Origin: a virus
DNA: 43,725 bases
IMG/VR virus record: IMGVR_UViG_3300035494_000048
Direction: 5' to 3' (one strand)
Numbering within the stretch: position 1 is the first letter of the stretch; each line of letters begins with the position of its first letter. Below, one piece after another: positions 1 through 7,345 of the stretch. A program made the position numbers and the translations under genes. The notes beneath the pieces were generated by a model. It saw nothing but the letters and a program-made list of their open reading frames with translations. It made no database searches and was not told the DNA's origin.

Positions 1-127
1 TCCAGAAGTATGGGCTGCGGTCCTCGCATGGCTGCACGCTATTGCGCCGAGCCTGTACGCGTTCTGTCTGTCCGTGACTATCGCCGTGCTGCGAGTCGTG
101 TACGGGGGCGGAACTAAGCGGCAGATG
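1..127. repeat. Terminal direct repeat copy 1 (identical to 43599..43725); circular-assembly overlap
   Basis: 127 nt at window start recur verbatim at window end. The repeat lies inside one continuous ORF (holin), so the window is a closed circle opened within a gene. Confidence 0.95.
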
Positions 128-301
128 GTGCTCGAGGGCGCCCTGTGTGGATTCGCCACGCTGACCCTGGTCCCGCTGCTCGAGTACTTCGGCCTCCCGC
201 AGAGCATGGCTACGTTCGTAGGTGGATCAGTCGGGTTTCTCGGTACCGAGAAGCTCCGTGAGCTGGCTGTACGGTTCGGCGAGAAGAAGGCCGGCGTATG
301 A
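2..301 (+). CDS. S: Holin, lambda S-like (3' part; 5' part is 43576..43725 across the circular junction)
   Basis: Joined product MPKMPEKSPEVWAAVLAWLH...VLRVVYGGGTKRQ...FLGTEKLRELAVRFGEKKAGV aligns by eye with lambda S (MKMPEK...YLRGRYNGG...IGSLIKRFAAKKAGV). It has three hydrophobic segments. Frame is continuous from 43576 through position 2. Confidence 0.85.
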   Translation, partial: PEVWAAVLAWLHAIAPSLYAFCLSVTIAVLRVVYGGGTKRQMVLEGALCGFATLTLVPLLEYFGLPQSMATFVGGSVGFLGTEKLRELAVRFGEKKAGV

Positions 302-411
302 AACGCCTCCACGCCATCCTCCTCATCACCTGGCTAGGCATCTGCATCGCCTGCCTCTGTGCAGGGGAAATGGGGAGAGCGGCTAGACGGTGGTGGAGAA
401 AACGGAAATGA
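298..411 (+). CDS. 37-aa small membrane protein (MKRLHAILLITWLGICIACLCAGEMGRAARRWWRKRK)
   Basis: ATGA overlap with the holin stop (298-301). One hydrophobic helix followed by a very basic tail. Its TGA overlaps the next ATG (408-411). Below the ORF-track size cutoff. Confidence 0.45.
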   Translation: MKRLHAILLITWLGICIACLCAGEMGRAARRWWRKRK

Positions 412-578
412 CGAAATACCAGTTATTAGCTGCTGGTGAGCCTCACGAGATTGAGGCGCACACCTATGTTCAGGACTCCAACGGTCTGCGCTTCATCGGA
501 TCCGATGGGGTAGTTGTTGCAATCTTCACCAGCTTCGACTGGATGAAGGTTGTGAAGCCTGTCGAAACCACGTCCTGA
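408..578 (+). CDS. Hypothetical 56-aa protein
   Basis: ATG at 408 is coupled (ATGA) to the preceding micro-ORF. In frame with track ORF 390..578. Confidence 0.5.
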   Translation: MTKYQLLAAGEPHEIEAHTYVQDSNGLRFIGSDGVVVAIFTSFDWMKVVKPVETTS

Positions 579-599
579 TAAAAAATCAAGGTATTTCAA

Positions 600-884
600 A
601 TGGCAGCAGGCGGAAAGCGTGCAGGCGCTGGCCGGCCGGCTGGCAGCCGCAACAAAGTGACGGCTGACATCAAGGAGCTAGCTCAGTCCTTCGGTGAGGA
701 AGCCATCAAGTCACTGGTAGAGATCGTTCGTGACGGCGAGGCGCCCCATGCGGCGCGTGTGTCGGCGGTCAAGGAGTTGCTGGATCGCGGCTATGGCAAG
801 GCCAAGCAGGCGCTCGAGCATTCGGGCGGCATGACATACAACGTAGTGACGGGTGTTCCTCATGGCTCAGACGCAGACGATTGA
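600..884 (+). CDS. Putative terminase small subunit / DNA-binding packaging protein
   Basis: 94 aa directly upstream of and overlapping TerL. Basic Gly/Arg-rich N-terminus (GGKRAGAGRPAGSRNK) followed by a helical region. The call rests mainly on position. Confidence 0.45.
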   Translation: MAAGGKRAGAGRPAGSRNKVTADIKELAQSFGEEAIKSLVEIVRDGEAPHAARVSAVKELLDRGYGKAKQALEHSGGMTYNVVTGVPHGSDADD

Positions 885-2163
885 TCTGGGCTACAGGCCG
901 AGGCAGTGGCAGAAGCAGGTTCATAGCAAGCGCAAGCGGTTCACGGTGTGCGCATTGCACCGCCGGGCTGGCAAGACTGAGCTGGCGGTTATGGAGCTGG
1001 TCGACAAGGCCATGCAGTTCCAGCTGGACCTTGGGCTGTTCGCCTACGTGGCTCCGTATCTGAAGCAGGCCAAGGCCATCGCCTGGCTGCGACTGAAGCA
1101 CTACTGCCTGAAGATCCCTGGCGTCGAGGTCAACGAGTCCGAGCTGTGGGTCAGGTTTCCTCACAATGGCGCGATGATTCGCCTGTTCGGTGGCGATAAC
1201 GCTGACTCATTGCGCGGCCTTCGCCTTGACGGAGGCGTGATCGATGAGGTTGCGCAGATCAAGCCGGAACTGTGGGAGGAGGTTGTTCAGCCGGCTCTGT
1301 CCGACCGCAATGGCTGGGCGCTGTTCATCGGTACGCCGCACGGCCTCAACCTTTTCTCCAAGCTGTTCTTCGATGGTCAGTCAAAGGCGGATTGGCTGAG
1401 CGTTCGCTACACCGTGTACGACACGAACGCGATCGATGAGGGGGAGGTTGCTCGCCTGCGCTCTGACATGAGCGAGAACGCCTTTGCCCGCGAGTACCTG
1501 TGTGACTTCTCGGCGGCCGGTGATGACCAGTTGCTCAGCCTGTCGGAGGTTGAGGACTCAAGCCGGCGCACGCTGCGCGAGGATCAGTACAGCTTTGCCC
1601 CTGTCGTCCTGGGCGTTGACGTTGCCCGATATGGCGATGACTCGTGCGTGATCATGCGGCGCCAGGGCCTCGGCTCGTTTCCTCCGCTGGTGTGGCAGGG
1701 TATCGACAATATGACCTTCGCTGGCCATGTTGCGCAACAGATCACTCAGCACAAGCCTGATGCCGTGTTCATCGACGCAGGGCACGGGCAGGGTGTTATC
1801 GACCGGCTGCGGCAGCTTGGCTTCCACGTCATTGAGGTTCACTTCGGCGGCGCTGCTGGGCATCCGCGGTTCAAGAACAAGCGCGCCGAGATGTGGTACG
1901 CGATGGCCGACTGGATCAGGCAGGGCGGTGTTATCCCGGCTGACTCCAGGCTCAAGCAAGACCTGGCGACTCCGACCTACAGCTATGACAAGGCCGGCAA
2001 GATCCAGCTTGAGGCCAAGGACGACATCAAGGCCCGCGGCCTGCCTTCTCCTGACATCGCCGACGCGCTGGCCCTGACCTTCACCTTCCCAGTCCATAAA
2101 TCACAACACACGCACGAGCACGGTACAGCGCTGCTCAGCGACTACGACCCGTTTGCGAGGTAG
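862..2163 (+). CDS. terL: Terminase large subunit
   Basis: Walker A-like HRRAGKTE and Walker B-like LDGGVIDE. C-terminal RNaseH-like nuclease region (VLGVDVARYGDD). ATG at 862 (MAQTQTIDLGYRPRQWQ) chosen inside track ORF 853..2163. Confidence 0.85.
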   Translation: MAQTQTIDLGYRPRQWQKQVHSKRKRFTVCALHRRAGKTELAVMELVDKAMQFQLDLGLFAYVAPYLKQAKAIAWLRLKHYCLKIPGVEVNESELWVRFPHNGAMIRLFGGDNADSLRGLRLDGGVIDEVAQIKPELWEEVVQPALSDRNGWALFIGTPHGLNLFSKLFFDGQSKADWLSVRYTVYDTNAIDEGEVARLRSDMSENAFAREYLCDFSAAGDDQLLSLSEVEDSSRRTLREDQYSFAPVVLGVDVARYGDDSCVIMRRQGLGSFPPLVWQGIDNMTFAGHVAQQITQHKPDAVFIDAGHGQGVIDRLRQLGFHVIEVHFGGAAGHPRFKNKRAEMWYAMADWIRQGGVIPADSRLKQDLATPTYSYDKAGKIQLEAKDDIKARGLPSPDIADALALTFTFPVHKSQHTHEHGTALLSDYDPFAR

Positions 2164-2168
2164 AAACA

Positions 2169-2429
2169 ATGTGCGGCAGCTCGCTCAAGAAGATCGTCAA
2201 AGTGGCCACGCTCGGCCTCGTTGATATGGAAACACCCAAGCCGCCGAGCGCCCCAGATGCACCAACCCAGAGCACGCCTACTGCGGTCGACCCTGGCGTC
2301 ACGCAGGCGCGCGAGGACGAGCGGCGCCGCAGGGCTGCAGCAGCAGGCGCAGGCAGCACGATCCTGACTGGCGCAGGTGGGCTAAACACAACAGCCCAGA
2401 CCGGGCAGAAAACGCTCCTGGGGGCATGA
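2169..2429 (+). CDS. Hypothetical small virion-module protein
   Basis: 86-aa ORF between terL and portal with a GAGG RBS. Pro/Ala-rich with a C-terminal STILTGAGGL...KTLLG motif. Confidence 0.55.
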   Translation: MCGSSLKKIVKVATLGLVDMETPKPPSAPDAPTQSTPTAVDPGVTQAREDERRRRAAAAGAGSTILTGAGGLNTTAQTGQKTLLGA

Positions 2430-2430
2430 T

Positions 2431-4116
2431 ATGGCTGATTCGTTGCGTCAACGCCTGGATCGCCGCATGTCTCAGCTCAAAACCGAGCGTGACCGTGGCT
2501 GGCTCTCGCTGTGGCGCGACATCAGCGACTACATCGCGCCAGATATGGGCCGCTGGAATCTGAGCGACGCCAACGAGGGCAAGCGCAGGGACCAGCGGAT
2601 CATCAACAGCACGTCGCGTGCGGCGCTGAAGATCCTGGCATCTGGCATGTTCTCCGGCATGACCAGCCCATCTCGGCCGTGGTTCAAGCTGGCCACGCCT
2701 GATGCTGCGCTGATGGAGTTCGGGCCGGTCAAGTCCTGGTTGCACCAGGCCGAGCGCGTCATGCAGGACGTGTTCGCGCGCTCCAATCTGTACAACGTGC
2801 TGCCTACTCTCTACGGCGAACTGGGCGGTTTTGGCATCGGCGCCATTGCCTGCATGCCGGACGATGACGAGTTCGTGAGGTTCTACAACTTCACGGCAGG
2901 CAGCTACATGGCCGCTACCAGTTCGCGGCAACAGGTGGACACGCTCTACCGCGAGTTCCGCATGACGGCGCGCCAGATGGAGCAGCAGTTCGGGCGCGAC
3001 GCGATGAGTCAGGCCGCGCAGAGCCTGCTCAGCAGCAACCCGGATGCGTGGATTGACGTCTGCCACGCAGTCGAGCCGAACGATAAGCGTGATTCTGGCA
3101 GGCCAGACAACCGCAATATGCCGTTCAGGTCCGTGTATTGGGAGAAGGGCGGGGATTCAGACGCGCTGCTGCGGCAGTCCGGATTCCAGACCTCGCCGAT
3201 CATGGTGCCGCGCTGGGATGTAAACGGTGAGAACGTCTACGGCCACGGTCCAGGCTCAGTGGCGCTCGGTGATACCAAGGCACTGCAGCTGATGGAGAAG
3301 CGCAAGGCGCAGATGCTCGAGAAGCTGGTAAACCCGCCAATGGGTGCTCCTGCTTCACTGCGCGGCCAGCGTGCGTCGATCCTGCCAGGCGACATCACAT
3401 ACCTGGACATGACGAACGTCGGCCAGCAGTTCGCGCCGCTGCATGAGATCAACCCGTCGGCTTATACGGCATTGCGCGGCGAGATCGAGGCACACGAGGA
3501 GCGGATCAACTCGGCCTTCTTCGTCGACCTGTTCCTGATGATCAGTTCGATGGATGACGTCCGCACTGCGACAGAGATCGCGGCGCGCAAGGAAGAGAAG
3601 ATGCTGATGCTCGGCCCCGTGCTCGAGCGGATGAACGACGAGCTGCTCGACCCACTGATCGATCGGGTGTTCAACCTAATGATCGAGCAATCGTCACCGC
3701 GCTGGTCTGGCCTGCTGCCTGGCAAACCTCTGCTCCCTCCGCCTCCGCAAGAGCTGTCGGGCATGGATCTGAACGTCGAGTACGTTTCGATCCTCGCTCA
3801 GGCGCAGAAGGCGCTAGGGGTCGCTGGCATCGAGCGCGTGGTGGGCTTCGCTGGGAACCTGGCTGGCATCTACCCGGACATCGTCGACAAGCTCAACCTC
3901 GACCAGGCTGTAGACGAGTACGCCGGGATGTCCGGTGTGCCGCCGACGATCATCCGCTCAGACGATGAGGTTGGCCAGATTCGCAAGGCCCGCGCCGATG
4001 CGGCTCAGGCCGAGGCCATGAACCAGCAGATGCTGGCCGGCATCCAGGGCGCCAAGCTGCTCTCTGAAACCGACGTATCAAACGACAACGCACTGACCGC
4101 ACTGGTAGGCCAATGA
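2431..4116 (+). CDS. Portal (podovirus head-to-tail connector type)
   Basis: 561 aa. N-terminal pattern RLD...W..I.DYI.P...INSTSRAALKILASGM.SGMTSPSRPWFKL is typical of T7-type connector proteins. Synteny: terL-portal-scaffold-capsid. Confidence 0.85.
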   Translation: MADSLRQRLDRRMSQLKTERDRGWLSLWRDISDYIAPDMGRWNLSDANEGKRRDQRIINSTSRAALKILASGMFSGMTSPSRPWFKLATPDAALMEFGPVKSWLHQAERVMQDVFARSNLYNVLPTLYGELGGFGIGAIACMPDDDEFVRFYNFTAGSYMAATSSRQQVDTLYREFRMTARQMEQQFGRDAMSQAAQSLLSSNPDAWIDVCHAVEPNDKRDSGRPDNRNMPFRSVYWEKGGDSDALLRQSGFQTSPIMVPRWDVNGENVYGHGPGSVALGDTKALQLMEKRKAQMLEKLVNPPMGAPASLRGQRASILPGDITYLDMTNVGQQFAPLHEINPSAYTALRGEIEAHEERINSAFFVDLFLMISSMDDVRTATEIAARKEEKMLMLGPVLERMNDELLDPLIDRVFNLMIEQSSPRWSGLLPGKPLLPPPPQELSGMDLNVEYVSILAQAQKALGVAGIERVVGFAGNLAGIYPDIVDKLNLDQAVDEYAGMSGVPPTIIRSDDEVGQIRKARADAAQAEAMNQQMLAGIQGAKLLSETDVSNDNALTALVGQ

Positions 4117-4430
4117 CCAACGCAAGCGATGAGCGCTCCCTGAAGAAGGCTGAGCGCGAGGAGCGGCTGGCCCGCGAAACCCTCGAGGCCGACTTTCGCT
4201 GGCTGATGGACGACCCGCGAGGGCGCCGCATCGTCTGGCGCCTGATGGCCAGGTGCAAGGTGTTCGAGCCCGTCTTCAACACGCATGGCGGAGTGATGAA
4301 CTTCAACGAGGGCCGGAGAGATACCGGCCTTTTTCTTTTGGGCGAGATCGACCGGCTGTGCCCTGCGAAATTCGCAGTGATGGCAGCAGAGAACGCCCGC
4401 CAACCCGAGGAAACGGAAACCAATGACTGA
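4113..4430 (+). CDS. Conserved post-portal hypothetical protein (Bbp19-like by recollection)
   Basis: ATGA overlap with the portal stop. 105 aa with FRWLMDDPRGRRIVWRLM...GRRDTGLFLLGEI. The family name comes from memory only. Confidence 0.5.
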   Translation: MTNASDERSLKKAEREERLARETLEADFRWLMDDPRGRRIVWRLMARCKVFEPVFNTHGGVMNFNEGRRDTGLFLLGEIDRLCPAKFAVMAAENARQPEETETND

Positions 4431-5040
4431 CTCGACTCAAGCAAGCGCTCCGGAAGCCACCACCAGCGCAGCGGCAGACGTTCAGTCCGGAGCCACTGTT
4501 GAAGCCCCTGAGCAGGCCCCGGCGACCCCGGAAACGCCAGCACCGGAGAAAACAGATGGCGACGGCCAGCCCCAAGTGGCACCTGATGATTACGCCGACT
4601 TCAAGCTCGCCGACGGCGCAGAGCTCGATGCGGAAGTGCTGACCAGCTTCAAGGGCATCGCCAAGGAGCTGGGTATCTCGCAAGAGGCAGCACAGAAGCT
4701 GATCAACCTGCAGGGCCAGCTCGATTCGAAGCGTATGCAGGCGCTTGAGGCGGCTCAGGCCGAACAGTCGCAGCGCTGGGCCGACGCCGTGAAAGCGGAC
4801 AAGGAGCTTGGTGGCGAGAACTACGACAAGACCGTAGAGACCGCCGTCAAGGCCGTGGAGAAATTCGGAAGCCCTGAACTGCGCGCCCTACTGAACGAAA
4901 CCGGAATCGGCAACCACCCCGAACTGGTGAAGTTCTGTCATCGCATTGGCAAAGCACTGTCCGAAGACAGTCTCGTGATGGGCGGCGATCAAAAGCCCGG
5001 CGCCCGTACCGCTGACGTGCTCTTCGGCGACATCAACTGA
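4423..5040 (+). CDS. Scaffolding protein
   Basis: 205 aa, acidic, Ala/Glu/Gln-rich and helical, lying immediately before the major capsid gene. Confidence 0.7.
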   Translation: MTDSTQASAPEATTSAAADVQSGATVEAPEQAPATPETPAPEKTDGDGQPQVAPDDYADFKLADGAELDAEVLTSFKGIAKELGISQEAAQKLINLQGQLDSKRMQALEAAQAEQSQRWADAVKADKELGGENYDKTVETAVKAVEKFGSPELRALLNETGIGNHPELVKFCHRIGKALSEDSLVMGGDQKPGARTADVLFGDIN

Positions 5041-5055
5041 GTTGAGGACTGACAC

Positions 5056-6045
5056 ATGGCAACCCTGAATACCACCAACCCCACGCTGGCGGACCTCGCC
5101 AAGCGCAAAGACCCCGATGGCAAGATCGCCAAGATCATCGAGCTGCTGAACGGCACAAACGAGATTCTGGACGATATGCCCTGGATCGAAGCCAACGACG
5201 GCACCGGCCACAAGACCACGATCCGCTCCGGCCTGCCGAAAGGTACCTGGCGCAAGCTGAACTACGGCGTGCAACCCGAAAAGTCGACCACCGTACAGGT
5301 GCGCGACGGTACCGGCATGCTGGAGACCTACGCCCAGGTCGATAAGAAGCTCGTGCAGCTGTCGAAGGACAAAGCCGGCTTCATGCTCTCCGAGCACAAG
5401 GCGTTCCTCGAGGGCCTGAACCAGAACATGGCCACCCAGCTGATCTACGGCGACGCCTCGCTGAATCCGGAGCGCATTACCGGCCTCGCACCGCGCTTCA
5501 ACAGCAAGAGCGCCGAGAACGGCCAGAACATCATCGATGCCGGCGGAACAGGCTCGAATAACACCTCGATCTGGCTGTGCTGCTGGGACGAGACCACCAT
5601 CCATGGCATCTACCCGGAAGGCACCGTTGGCGGTCTGCAGGTTGGCGCGAACAAGGAGGAGACTCTTTCGGATGCCGCTGGCGGCATGTACGAGGGCATC
5701 CGTACCCACTACGAGTGGAACGCTGGCCTCACCCTGCGCGATTGGCGCTATGTGGTGCGCATCGCCAACATCGATGTCACCGCGCTGACCAAGAACGCTT
5801 CGGCCGGTGCTGACCTGATCGACCTGATGGTCCAGGCCATCGAGCTGCTGCCGAACGCCCGCGTCGGCCGGCCGGTCTTCTACGGCAACCGCACCGTCCG
5901 CAGCTTCCTGCGCCGGCAGATCGCCAACAAGTCCAACGTCTGGCTGAACATGGAAGAGGTTGCAGGCCGCAAGGTCATGACCTTCGACAGCGTTCCGTTC
6001 AAGCGCGTTGACGCCATCCTCAACACCGAGGCTCGCGTGGTTTAA
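5056..6045 (+). CDS. Major capsid protein
   Basis: 329 aa with a good RBS (GAGGA). Position after the scaffold gene. Sequence resembles capsid proteins of temperate podoviruses (MATLNTTNPTLADLAKRKDPDGKIAKIIELL...). Confidence 0.85.
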   Translation: MATLNTTNPTLADLAKRKDPDGKIAKIIELLNGTNEILDDMPWIEANDGTGHKTTIRSGLPKGTWRKLNYGVQPEKSTTVQVRDGTGMLETYAQVDKKLVQLSKDKAGFMLSEHKAFLEGLNQNMATQLIYGDASLNPERITGLAPRFNSKSAENGQNIIDAGGTGSNNTSIWLCCWDETTIHGIYPEGTVGGLQVGANKEETLSDAAGGMYEGIRTHYEWNAGLTLRDWRYVVRIANIDVTALTKNASAGADLIDLMVQAIELLPNARVGRPVFYGNRTVRSFLRRQIANKSNVWLNMEEVAGRKVMTFDSVPFKRVDAILNTEARVV

Positions 6046-6077
6046 GCCGCGCAGCCTCTGACATAGGAGAGATCCAA

Positions 6078-6509
6078 ATGGCGATCATCGATCGTTTCCT
6101 CCAGGTCTCCGCTGCCCAGGCGGTTACCGCTTCTGCTGCATCGACTGACGTGATCGACGCAGGCGCAACCAAGAACGCCAGTATCGGGCGCGACATCGGT
6201 GCTGGCACTCCGCTGGTGATGGAGTTCGACGTGCTGACCGCGCCGACTGCAGCAGGCGCCGCAACCGTGACCTTCTCGGTTCAGGACTCGGCCGACAACA
6301 GCTCCTTCGCTGATGTCGTGGCCACTAAGGCCGTGCCGATTGCGGAGCTTACTGCCGGCAAGCAGGTATTCCTGCCGCTACCGCCCGGCCTGCGTCGGTA
6401 CGTGCGCGCCTACTACACCATCGGCACCGGCCCGCTTACCGCGGGCGCCTTCAACGCCCAGGTTGTAGACGGCGCCAACTTCCAGCGTGCCTATCCGGAC
6501 CTGCTGTAA
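6078..6509 (+). CDS. Head decoration / cement protein (Bbp16-like by recollection)
   Basis: 143 aa directly after the capsid gene with RBS GGAGAG. Ala/Thr/Gly-rich beta-type sequence. Confidence 0.55.
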   Translation: MAIIDRFLQVSAAQAVTASAASTDVIDAGATKNASIGRDIGAGTPLVMEFDVLTAPTAAGAATVTFSVQDSADNSSFADVVATKAVPIAELTAGKQVFLPLPPGLRRYVRAYYTIGTGPLTAGAFNAQVVDGANFQRAYPDLL

Positions 6510-6520
6510 GGAGGTAGCCG

Positions 6521-6706
6521 ATGCGAGTCAAGGCAACAGCAGTGGGCTTCTACGGGAGCCTGCGTGAGGTCGGCGAAGAGTTCGACATCAAGGGCAAGGA
6601 CGACCTCGGCGCGTGGATGGTCGAAGTCGAAAAGCCCGAACGGGCAAAGCCAGGCCACAAGCCGGCCGCCAAGCCTGAAGAGTCCGGCAACCTGCCTGAC
6701 GCGTAA
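6521..6706 (+). CDS. Hypothetical 61-aa protein
   Basis: RBS GGAGG 6 nt upstream. Lies inside the head module. Confidence 0.5.
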   Translation: MRVKATAVGFYGSLREVGEEFDIKGKDDLGAWMVEVEKPERAKPGHKPAAKPEESGNLPDA

Positions 6707-6748
6707 CACCAAGGGGCCTCCGGGCCCCTACTCATTTCCGGAGATCGC

Positions 6749-7345
6749 ATGGCCAGTGTCGTTCAAATCTGCAACATGGCGCTCACCCGCATCGGGCAGA
6801 ACCAGTTCATCGACTCGATCGACGAGCAGAGCAAGGCGGCCGAGCTGTGCGCGCTCCACTACGAGCAGTGCCGCGACGAGGTGCTGCAGGCGCTCCCTTG
6901 GCCCTTTGCCGAGGCTCGTGTTGCGCTGGCTGATATCGGCTCGCCACCGCAGAGCTGGGCGTTTCGCTACCGCTACCCGGTCAACTGCCTGCAGGCGCGC
7001 CGTATCAGCGTGCCAGGGCTCGAGATGCCCACTGCAGAGCAACGCGTGCCGTTCAAGGTCGTGAACGCGGCCGGCGGCCGGGCCATTCTGAGCAATCAGG
7101 AGCAGGCCGAGCTGGTCTACACGGTGCGCGTCGAGGATACGACCTACTTTCCGCAGATGTTCGTCAATGCGCTGGCGTGGCGCCTTGCTGCCGAGCTCGC
7201 TATGGGGCTGCAGGCCAGGCCAGAGAACTACTCGTCTGCGATGCAGAACTACCAGATGACCATTAGCCAGGCCCAGGCGCTCGCCTTTGAAGAAAGCGAG
7301 GAGGGCCCGGTTCCAGAATCCGAGTTCATACAGGCGCGCAACTGA
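6749..7345 (+). CDS. Head-tail adaptor / tail tubular protein A-like (T7 gp11 position)
   Basis: 198 aa. N-terminus ICNMALTRIGQNQFIDSIDEQSKAAELC..HYEQCRDEVL..LPWPFA is typical of podovirus adaptor proteins. Precedes the nozzle gene. Confidence 0.55.
   Translation: MASVVQICNMALTRIGQNQFIDSIDEQSKAAELCALHYEQCRDEVLQALPWPFAEARVALADIGSPPQSWAFRYRYPVNCLQARRISVPGLEMPTAEQRVPFKVVNAAGGRAILSNQEQAELVYTVRVEDTTYFPQMFVNALAWRLAAELAMGLQARPENYSSAMQNYQMTISQAQALAFEESEEGPVPESEFIQARN

Noticed and set aside
1-127. Terminal repeat as a biological direct terminal repeat (T7-style DTR) or LTR
   Set aside because: The repeat boundaries fall in the middle of the holin coding sequence and the frame is continuous across the junction. 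An assembly overlap of a circular or circularly permuted genome is the simpler explanation.
298-411. The 37-aa post-holin peptide as a lipoprotein (possible second o-spanin)
   Set aside because: LGIC and CIAC do not fit the lipobox [LVI][ASTVI][GAS]C. A bona fide Rz1 with LSGC already exists at 20754-20996.
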